From Candidatus Altiarchaeota archaeon (lineage in GTDB: Archaea > Altiarchaeota > Altiarchaeia > IMC4 > SCGC-AAA252-I15): a stretch of 54,810 nucleotides of DNA. Position numbers and translations under genes: made by a program. The notes under the pieces were generated by a model, which searched no databases, had not been told where the DNA came from, and saw nothing but the letters and a program-made list of their open reading frames with translations. The stretch covers positions 1 through 54,810 of the forward strand of contig JAZDMS010000029.1 in the NCBI GenBank assembly GCA_043800705.1, read 5' to 3'. Positions 47,478 through 54,810 of this stretch are shown here, in pieces (within the stretch, counting starts at the first letter, position 1; the number at the start of each line of letters is the position of its first letter).

Positions 47478-49355
47478 TCAAGCACCTCCTTTTGTGATGT
47501 CCATGTTGAATGGTTTGAACCTTCTGCCCCCTCCTGTGAAGAACTTCGAGAAGAACTCCACGTAGTTCAGCCTCGCCGACTGTACCATTGATTCGAACAT
47601 GCCAAGGCCCAGGTTGAGGAGATGGCCGGCCGCAAGCAGCGGCAGCTTGAAGGCGATGACGGCGATGCCGTCGGCTGCCGTCGGCCAAAGGAGCGTGTTG
47701 AGGACTCCTGCGATTGCCAGGGATGACACGCCGATCGCGACGATCCTCGTGTAGGACATGATGTTGCTGGCGAGGCTCGGCAGCTCCACGAGCCCCTGGA
47801 ACCCCTCCGAGCGGAATATCAGCGCCAGGCCGATGAGGCCGGCCGCAAGAAGCGGCGAATATGACGGGTCGAGGATGCGCAGGATATAGATCGATGCGAA
47901 GACGGCGAGGCTCAGCTCCATCCCGATCCAGCCGAGCTTCCCGAACGCATGGCGCCGCTCCCCCTGCGCCCACTTGTCTGCGAATCCCAGCATCAGGCCG
48001 AACGCGATGTGGATTATCCCCATCACTATGGAGGCCGCCAGGAGGAGGCCGATGTTGCCGAGCCTTTCGAGCGGCGGGTGGTAGAGGCTGAACCCAATCA
48101 GCGACTCGTGGGACAGTCCGAAGTATTCGTCGTATACGACGCCGAAGCCCATTGCTGCGAAGGAGGCATAGGCCCAGGTTAGGCCGAGTGACCGAAGGAG
48201 GCCGCTGGTCTTCTTCGCGAGCGCGATGCCTATGGGCAGGGACAGGAGGCCGTAGCCGACGTCTCCCAGCATCATGCCGTAGAATAGCGGGTATATTATG
48301 GCGAATGCGAGGGTGGGGTCGATCTCCCTCGGATGGGGGACCGACATGAACTCGACCATGTCCGAGAACGGCTTCAATGGTTCGGGCACGCTTGAGATGG
48401 CCGGCGGCTCCTCGTCGGTCGTGAGCTCCTCGACGACGACCCTCCCCCCGAGGCTCGCATCCAGGGTCCCAAGAAGGCTCTGATGCCGGTCCGCCCTTAT
48501 CCAGCCCTCTATCGACACGGTCTTCGAGCTGTAGCCGAACCTGGACTGGACCTCGAGCCTCTGCCGCTCGAAGACCAGCATCCGCCTCAGCCCCGCAATC
48601 CTGGCCCCGTTTTCTGCTGACATGGCATTCCTTTTCTCCTCGAGAGCGGATTCCTCCGCCTTCGCCTTCCTGAGCTCAGACAGTATGGACCCGATGCCGC
48701 CTTCGATGCCGAGGCCGACGTCCGCTTCCGTGAGCTTCGAGAATTCGCCGGCTTTGAGCCCCGCCTCCACATCCGGGAGATAGCGCCTGTCGACGGCCAG
48801 CAGGCAGTAGCTCTCCAGCCTGTTTGCCTTGGCGCAGCGGATCTCGAACGCGTTCGTGACGTGATATAGCGACTGCGTGAATTCCCTGAGGCTGTGGGTC
48901 GGCATCTTTCCGAAGAAGAACGCTAGCGACTTCACCGACAGGAGGCTTGGATCGAAAGAGAGTCTCCCAAGCTTCCGGGAGAAATCCACCCAGCCCGCCA
49001 GGTCCCGACGGCGCTTCCTGAGCTCGTCAAGCTGCCTGAGCAGCCCCCCGGCCCGTTGGGCGAGGTCCTCCTGGAGGGAACATTTGGCGAGAAGCTCCTT
49101 CCTGGAGTCGAATGACAGCACGTCCTCCCCGCCCCCCCAGCGCATGAACTCCAAGAGGCCGTCGAACTTCATTATCAGCGACGAGACCTCTGCCAGGGCC
49201 TCCGGGCTCCTGCCTGATGCGAGCCTCGTGTCGGTGTTCCTTGCGAGCTCGAGTAGCCCGATCCTGTGCAGGAGCCTCACCGTCTCCTCAGCGTCCTCGG
49301 CGAGGCATATCACCTTCACCTTCGTCATCCGTACGGGCTTAAACACCGAAGCCAC
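47478..49355 (-). CDS. atpI: A/V-type ATP synthase subunit I
   Basis: FKPVRM, EIDPT, YGMMLGDVGYG, SYTRIVA, RLNYVEFFSKF. Confidence 0.93.
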   Translation of the reverse strand: MASVFKPVRMTKVKVICLAEDAEETVRLLHRIGLLELARNTDTRLASGRSPEALAEVSSLIMKFDGLLEFMRWGGGEDVLSFDSRKELLAKCSLQEDLAQRAGGLLRQLDELRKRRRDLAGWVDFSRKLGRLSFDPSLLSVKSLAFFFGKMPTHSLREFTQSLYHVTNAFEIRCAKANRLESYCLLAVDRRYLPDVEAGLKAGEFSKLTEADVGLGIEGGIGSILSELRKAKAEESALEEKRNAMSAENGARIAGLRRMLVFERQRLEVQSRFGYSSKTVSIEGWIRADRHQSLLGTLDASLGGRVVVEELTTDEEPPAISSVPEPLKPFSDMVEFMSVPHPREIDPTLAFAIIYPLFYGMMLGDVGYGLLSLPIGIALAKKTSGLLRSLGLTWAYASFAAMGFGVVYDEYFGLSHESLIGFSLYHPPLERLGNIGLLLAASIVMGIIHIAFGLMLGFADKWAQGERRHAFGKLGWIGMELSLAVFASIYILRILDPSYSPLLAAGLIGLALIFRSEGFQGLVELPSLASNIMSYTRIVAIGVSSLAIAGVLNTLLWPTAADGIAVIAFKLPLLAAGHLLNLGLGMFESMVQSARLNYVEFFSKFFTGGGRRFKPFNMDITKGGA

Positions 49356-49665
49356 CCAGGAAGATTTTCAGGCATTTGGACACCGCCTCGTCGTCGAGGC
49401 GCCGAAGCCGGAGTTTGCCGGCGTCGGCCTCCGCTGACAAGACGGCGGCTTTCGCCGCCCCGACGGCCTCCGACCTGAAGGACTCGTAGGCCTCGTCCCT
49501 CGCGGCGGAAGCCTCGGACAAAGCCTCATCTATGATTACGGTGGCCCGCTCGTTGGCTTTTTTTACGATGATCGCCGCCTCCCGCCGCGAGGATTCGACC
49601 CTGGCTTGGGCTTCTTCCTCGGCTTTTTTCAGAAGGGCTATAGGATCCTCGCGGACTGGTTCCAT
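49339..49665 (-). CDS. atpH: A/V-type ATP synthase subunit H/G
   Basis: Charged coiled coil (LKKAEEEA), first gene of the operon. Confidence 0.8.
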   Translation of the reverse strand: MEPVREDPIALLKKAEEEAQARVESSRREAAIIVKKANERATVIIDEALSEASAARDEAYESFRSEAVGAAKAAVLSAEADAGKLRLRRLDDEAVSKCLKIFLGGFGV

Positions 49666-49726
49666 GTGAATCCTCTGAATATTCGCACAGGCATTTATTA
49701 ATCATAGCGGAGGCTGCGGCTTGCGT

Positions 49727-50656
49727 TCAGTACCCGCCCCTCGGCGGTTGTCTTTGCCTGAACCGGGAGGCGCCGGCCCCCTTCGGCAGCCGGTAGGCGC
49801 CGCTTTCATAAAGGACGCTCCACAGAAGCCGGTAGCTTTCGCGGATATCGGCCTTATTGAATTCTGCGGTGTCGGGGTAGGGGCACTTCGCCCATGTCTT
49901 CCCCCCGTCAGCGGATATTTCGATGTCGGTGCTTTCCCCAGGCCCTATCCTGAGGGAGGCGCCCTCCTTGATCCCGTATCTGTCAAGCCCCTTCACGGTG
50001 ACTGACCCGTCCTTCCTGGCTTCGAAGCCGATGTCGACGTTGTGGGATTTGTACGTCTGCCTGACCGAATCCATCCCAGTCTGCAGGAGCGCGAGCTTTG
50101 CCGATATGGCGGCCTCATGCTCCGCCCGGGTCATGTCATTCCCCGAGACGTGCCCTATCACGACAGTGGAGCCGAGCCTTTTGAGCTCGCGCGGGGGGCG
50201 GTAGGTGTAGGAAAGCTGCCTTCCCTCGCCGCCGCCCTTGACATGTGCGACTATCTTCTGCGGAATGAGAATCTCCCTTTCGAGGCCGATTTCTATCTTT
50301 ACGCCCTGGATCGAGGCCAGCCTGTCTTCGTCTAGCAGATGCCGCTTGCCGTCGCCTGTTATGACGGTGTCCCCCGCCTTCAGCGGGATCCGCGTGCCTA
50401 CCATGGGCAGCCTGTCGGGGTAGCCCGCGGTCATGAGTTCGTCACCCTGCATGAGCACGACCTTCAGGCGCGCGTCCGGATCCTCTGAACGGATCGATTT
50501 CACGGCGCCGGGGGATACGTACAGCGATTCCCTGGCTTCGGCGGCCTCCGCGGCCTTGGGGCCCATGAGGCCGATTCCGCCCAGGGCGGCCCCTGCGGCT
50601 GCCATGTGGCGCAGGAAGGTTCGCCTATGCATCGTCGGATCTGCTTCCTTTGACAT
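49727..50656 (-). CDS. Hypothetical protein with twin-arginine signal
   Basis: HRRTFLR followed by a hydrophobic stretch and AEA. Confidence 0.65.
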   Translation of the reverse strand: MSKEADPTMHRRTFLRHMAAAGAALGGIGLMGPKAAEAAEARESLYVSPGAVKSIRSEDPDARLKVVLMQGDELMTAGYPDRLPMVGTRIPLKAGDTVITGDGKRHLLDEDRLASIQGVKIEIGLEREILIPQKIVAHVKGGGEGRQLSYTYRPPRELKRLGSTVVIGHVSGNDMTRAEHEAAISAKLALLQTGMDSVRQTYKSHNVDIGFEARKDGSVTVKGLDRYGIKEGASLRIGPGESTDIEISADGGKTWAKCPYPDTAEFNKADIRESYRLLWSVLYESGAYRLPKGAGASRFRQRQPPRGGY

Positions 50657-50702
50657 ATGGTTAATTACGAGAAGCACGGCTTTATAACCCGGAGAAACGG
50701 CG

Positions 50703-52289
50703 CTATTCTTCGGTCTTCAGTATCTCCTCTATTATCTTCGCGTATGCCGGCCTCGCGATGCCGACGCCGATGAACACCCCCATCATCGTCGTGAACGCGA
50801 ATCCTTTGAGCATGCCTGCGCCGATGCTAAGAAGCGGTATCATTGCGGCTATTACGGTGGCGGCCGCGGTGAAGATGATGGTGAAGGCCCTCCTCATGCG
50901 CTCCGCGACGCTGACGAGCTTCCTCTGCTGCGTCCTCTTCAGGTTCTCGTCGGTGATGACGATCTGGTGGTTGACGCCGGTCCCCACCGAGGCGATGATC
51001 CCCGCCAGGGCGGGCAGGTCCAGCTCCCATTTGATGATGGACGCCATCCCCAGGATGAGGATTATCTCGCTGACGCCGGTGAACATGACCGGCAGGACGA
51101 TCCACCAGTGCCGGTACCTTATGGCTATCACCAGCGCGACCCCGATTATGGCGACGAGGCCGGTGTAGAAGCTGTAAAGGAGGAACCGTTTCCCCAGAGT
51201 CGGGGGCGTGGTCGAAGTCGACTCCAGCGTGATCTTCGAAGGCAGGTTGCCGGACGTCAGCAGCACCTGGTTGCCTTGGACCTCCGCCTGGGCCGCCTCA
51301 AGGGTCCCGGTCGTCCCCGAGATGCTCGCCTGGTAGACGCACTCGCCGCGAGGGTCGAAGTCGAGCCTCGGAGAGCTCTGCAGCCCGACGAGCTTGACCA
51401 CCCACTGCGGATATGACAGGTTGCCCATCGGCTCCCTTGCGGTCTTGTAGCCGGACTCCTCGAGGAGGTTGCGGAATTCGTCCGGGATCCTGCCCTCGTC
51501 GCCCGCCAGTATGACCCTGTCGAAGCCCCGCATCCGAAGGACGTTCAGCGCCGCAAGGGTCTCGTTCCGGCTGGCCATCCCCATCGCTGGGGTCACGGAC
51601 CTGTTCGTTATTATGTCGAGCGCGGTCCCGCCGTAGAAGAAGCGGTCCGACTCCTGGCTCTCCGTCAGGTTGCCGAGTATCTCGAAGTCCCCTTCGGAGA
51701 AGAGGATCGACGTGTTCTGCGGCCTGTCGATGAAGATGTCCACGGGCCTGCCCCTCTTGCCGTCGGCGACCCTGCCGAAGCGGCACGCCCCGTCCATGTT
51801 GTGGCTGACCATGACGCTCCACTGGAACCCCTCGGGAGCCCTGTACAATTCCGCGCCCTGCGGGCCCAGCTTGACGGTTATCTCGTTGCCTTGGATGGCG
51901 AGCTCCCCGTCTATCCGCTCCTCGAACCTCGCCTGCTGCCGTATTATGTTCTCTATGTTCTTGGTCTGCTCCGGAGTCGCATCCGCCATCTGGATGATTA
52001 TGTACTGGTCCCCCCACGGCCTCACCGGGATGTCCTTGAGCCCCATGCCGTTGAGCCTGTTCTCGAGGATGGTCTTCTCGACCGCCATCACGTCCGACGT
52101 GACCGGGGTCTCGAGCTTCAGCTGCATCTGCGTCCCGCCCGCGAAGTCGAGGCCGTAGTTGAGGCCCTGGCCGAAGCCGACGCCCTTCCCCTTGTTGATG
52201 GGGATGATGTTCGTGATGAGAAGGAGGGAGACGACGATGCAGACGACGAGGAACATGACCCTTACGCTCTTTAGCGGGTTGAATTTCAC
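50703..52289 (-). CDS. secD: Protein translocase subunit SecD (archaeal)
   Basis: YGLDFAGGT, ENRLNGMG, LTSGNLP, PTLG, GTGVNHQIVITDE. Confidence 0.9.
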   Translation of the reverse strand: MKFNPLKSVRVMFLVVCIVVSLLLITNIIPINKGKGVGFGQGLNYGLDFAGGTQMQLKLETPVTSDVMAVEKTILENRLNGMGLKDIPVRPWGDQYIIIQMADATPEQTKNIENIIRQQARFEERIDGELAIQGNEITVKLGPQGAELYRAPEGFQWSVMVSHNMDGACRFGRVADGKRGRPVDIFIDRPQNTSILFSEGDFEILGNLTESQESDRFFYGGTALDIITNRSVTPAMGMASRNETLAALNVLRMRGFDRVILAGDEGRIPDEFRNLLEESGYKTAREPMGNLSYPQWVVKLVGLQSSPRLDFDPRGECVYQASISGTTGTLEAAQAEVQGNQVLLTSGNLPSKITLESTSTTPPTLGKRFLLYSFYTGLVAIIGVALVIAIRYRHWWIVLPVMFTGVSEIILILGMASIIKWELDLPALAGIIASVGTGVNHQIVITDENLKRTQQRKLVSVAERMRRAFTIIFTAAATVIAAMIPLLSIGAGMLKGFAFTTMMGVFIGVGIARPAYAKIIEEILKTEE

Positions 52290-53413
52290 CTTCTGCCCCC
52301 GGCGTACGCCTTCCTCGGGCCCTTGGATTCCAGGTACCATTTGAGCAGGCCGACGTTCGTCAGCCATGTGGAGGGTATGTCCGCCAGGAGGCCGATGATG
52401 AGGACTGCGGAGATGCTGGTCCACGTCGGGACCTGGGTCAGGGTCGTTGACACCAGATACACCACGGTCAACGCCGTCACTGTCGTGCCGGTCATCGTCA
52501 GCCCCGTCTTGATGGAGTCGTCGACCATCGTGTAAAGGTCGCCTGAGCGTTCCTTGAGCACGCGCGTGGTCAGGAGGATGTCGGTGTCGACGGAGTATCC
52601 GATGAGCATGAGGAGAGCTGCCAGCGACGCGGGCTCCAGGGGTATCCCGAAGAGGCTCATGCCTGCGATGGCGATGGAGATGTCGAATACGGCCGCCTGT
52701 ATGACGGCTACACAGGGGACGACCTCCCTGAAGGAGAAGAACACGACGACCGACATGAGCAGGAAGGCCACGAACACCGCCTCGAACGCCTGCGTCTTGA
52801 ACGTCTGGCCGAAGGTCGGCCCGACGGAGCGGATGTTGAAGTTCTTCTTCGTCAGATCGACCTCGACCTTCTGGCCGAGGTACCCGGACAAAGCGCTGTC
52901 GAGGTCTTCCTTGTTGAGGTCGAGGCCCGTCAACGTCAGGACCCCGGATGTGTAGTTGGCGTCGATGCCCTGCTTGAGACGCTTCTGCAGGTTGTCCTGC
53001 AGCTCGACCGGAGGCTTCGACGATAATGCGACGGTCGCGGTGTCATACTCAGTGAGCTTCCCCGCGTATCTGGCGACTATGGCCTCTACCGGCATCCGGT
53101 CGGATATGGACGAGGTCGTCTGGATGACGAGGTTGTTTTTTCCGGTGTCTATGTCGAATCCGACGTTCGCCTGGGCGTCTGACAGGCCTGCCCCCGCAAG
53201 GTCGGCCTCCAAGGCCGTGAGCTGGGCGGAGTCGATATTGTTTTCGGTGAGCACGTTCATGAGGACGCCGCCTTTGAAGTCTATGCCGTATTCGATCCCG
53301 TTCACGAGGATGAACACCCAGGCTAGGATCCCGAAAACCCACGGCATAATGGTCAATATACGATAGTCGACCTTCTTGGTCAACTGTTCATAGATACCGG
53401 CGGACATGGTCAT
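52286..53413 (-). CDS. secF: Protein translocase subunit SecF (archaeal)
   Basis: GIDFKGG, VGPTFG, LMLIGYSVDTDILLTTRVLK. Confidence 0.92.
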   Translation of the reverse strand: MTMSAGIYEQLTKKVDYRILTIMPWVFGILAWVFILVNGIEYGIDFKGGVLMNVLTENNIDSAQLTALEADLAGAGLSDAQANVGFDIDTGKNNLVIQTTSSISDRMPVEAIVARYAGKLTEYDTATVALSSKPPVELQDNLQKRLKQGIDANYTSGVLTLTGLDLNKEDLDSALSGYLGQKVEVDLTKKNFNIRSVGPTFGQTFKTQAFEAVFVAFLLMSVVVFFSFREVVPCVAVIQAAVFDISIAIAGMSLFGIPLEPASLAALLMLIGYSVDTDILLTTRVLKERSGDLYTMVDDSIKTGLTMTGTTVTALTVVYLVSTTLTQVPTWTSISAVLIIGLLADIPSTWLTNVGLLKWYLESKGPRKAYAGGRR

Positions 53414-53480
53414 AATATAGGGGGAACCCCTTAAAAACCCCGGATTCCGCGCTCTTATAGGACTCCGCATATTCTCTTAC

Positions 53481-53894
53481 ATGTTCAAAAAGATCATCGT
53501 CGGGGGGACTTTTGACGGATTGCACGAGGGGCATCGGAACCTTCTGAGGACCGCGTTCGAGAACGCGGAGTCGGTCGCCATCGGCCTCACAGGCGACGAT
53601 TTCGCCAAGAGGTTCAGGACGAAGGAGGTCCAGCCGTACGCGAAGAGGAAGGGGTCCCTGGACGATTTCGTCAGGCAGTTTCGCAAGGGGTATGCCGTCT
53701 TCGAGATCAGCGACTCGTACGGGATAGCGACGCTGGACCCCGACGCGGACTGCATCGTCGTCAGCGAGGAGACGCTCCTGAGGGCCGAGGAGATCAACAC
53801 GATAAGGTTCAAGAAGAAGCTGGCGAAGCTGACCATCATAGTCATCCCGCTCGTCCTCGGCAGGGACGGCAGGCCGCTTTCCTCCGGGGGCTGA
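53481..53894 (+). CDS. coaD: Phosphopantetheine adenylyltransferase (archaeal/eukaryotic type)
   Basis: VGGTFDGLHEGH, IGLTGD, IVVSEET, DGRPLSS. Confidence 0.88.
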   Translation: MFKKIIVGGTFDGLHEGHRNLLRTAFENAESVAIGLTGDDFAKRFRTKEVQPYAKRKGSLDDFVRQFRKGYAVFEISDSYGIATLDPDADCIVVSEETLLRAEEINTIRFKKKLAKLTIIVIPLVLGRDGRPLSSGG

Positions 53895-53897
53895 ACC

Positions 53898-54386
53898 ATG
53901 ATTGACAAGTCGGTCTACGTCGCCGAAGGAGCCAGGATAGTAGGGAGCGTGACCATAGGCGAGGACTCCAGCGTCTGGCACAATGCGGTCATAAGGGGGG
54001 ACAGAAGCAGGATAATAATCGGCAAATGCTCCAACGTCCAGGACCTCTGCGTCATACACAGCCCGGAGAGGTTCCCCGTCAGGATAGGGGACCACGTCAC
54101 CATAGGACACGGAGCCAAGGTCCACGGCGCCGAGGTCGCCGACAACACGCTGATCGGCATGGGTGCCATCCTCATGAACGGCTGCAAGATAGGCGGCGGC
54201 TCCGTCGTGGCGGCGGCGTCGGTCGTCACAGAGAACACGATTATTCCGCCAGGCTCCCTCGTCATCGGCACGCCCGCCAAGGTCGTGAGGAAGCTGAGCC
54301 CGGAGGAGATCGACAGCATCAGGCAGAATGCCCTCGAATACAAGGCCCTTGCGGCCAAGTCGAGGTCCCATAAGGCATCACGATGA
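53898..54386 (+). CDS. Gamma-class carbonic anhydrase family (hexapeptide repeat) protein
   Basis: AVIRGD, SNVQD.CVIH, VTIGHGAKVHG. Confidence 0.92.
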   Translation: MIDKSVYVAEGARIVGSVTIGEDSSVWHNAVIRGDRSRIIIGKCSNVQDLCVIHSPERFPVRIGDHVTIGHGAKVHGAEVADNTLIGMGAILMNGCKIGGGSVVAAASVVTENTIIPPGSLVIGTPAKVVRKLSPEEIDSIRQNALEYKALAAKSRSHKASR

Positions 54387-54619
54387 TGAGCGTCGTCGGC
54401 GGAATACGGCAGTCCGCGCAACAGATGAAGGAGTGGTTCCTTAAGGAATTTGTGAGGCAGCAGGAGAAGGAGCTCGGCGGGAAGATCGACCAGATGCTGA
54501 AGAGCCCAAGGATCATGGTGAAGTTCTTCCAGGGGGCGAGCATAGGCGGGAGGACAGGCAGATCCGGCCTCGGAAGAAGCATCGGAAAAGGCCTCAGGAT
54601 GCTTCGGAAGCTGTTGTAG
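54383..54619 (+). CDS. Small hypothetical protein
   Basis: ATGA overlap with the upstream gene; coding-like composition. Confidence 0.5.
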   Translation: MMSVVGGIRQSAQQMKEWFLKEFVRQQEKELGGKIDQMLKSPRIMVKFFQGASIGGRTGRSGLGRSIGKGLRMLRKLL

Positions 54620-54810
54620 GAGTATTATGCATTCATGCTGGGAATCGGCAATGTTAAGGCAATGATAAATAATGTCCGCCATCGGCAAACAACTTCCAGT
54701 TCAAGTCACTGACGTTAGGGTTTTATGTGAATAATTCCAAAAGGATGATTTAAGACCGCAAAGATGGATGATTCAAAGAGTGTGAGGGATGGAAATAACC
54801 GATAAAAGTA

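Noticed and set aside
47476-47973. N-terminal extension of atpK (245-aa ORF)
   Set aside because: It overlaps atpI in another frame; a strong RBS and TTG at 47475 give a normal-sized c subunit.
1-54810. tRNA, rRNA, SRP or RNase P genes
   Set aside because: No recognisable cloverleaf or conserved motifs were found by eye in the intergenic regions; a covariance-model search would be needed to exclude them.

Overview
Archaeal, mostly GC-rich chromosomal window. The gene set (archaeal-type TyrRS, type II GAPDH, Bud32, UPF0147, Trm11, A/V-type ATP synthase operon H-I-K-E-C-F-A-B-D, secF-secD, archaeal CoaD, Cys-rich lipoproteins) fits an uncultured archaeon such as Ca. Altiarchaeota; this taxonomy is inference only. 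It carries dispersed branched-chain amino acid genes (leuB, leuC, leuD, cimA/leuA, ilvB, ilvC), hisF, gatB, four toxin-antitoxin pairs, an archaeal ATPase and the end of an IS630-like transposase. Most notable: (1) four arrays of a degenerate 7-bp repeat (GAAAACY) that flip orientation at two fixed junction motifs, two of them flanking an Avd-like four-helix-bundle gene, plus an exact 25-nt piece of the repeat in-frame inside an endonuclease III gene; (2) a candidate Ile/Leu leader-peptide attenuator upstream of cimA/leuA; (3) three successive copies of the trm11 5' end separated by TA cassettes; (4) bacterial-type MurB-like and PTS enzyme I-like genes with altered motifs; (5) a pair of degenerate Mrr-domain paralogs. 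All calls come from reading motifs by eye; no searches or folding were run.
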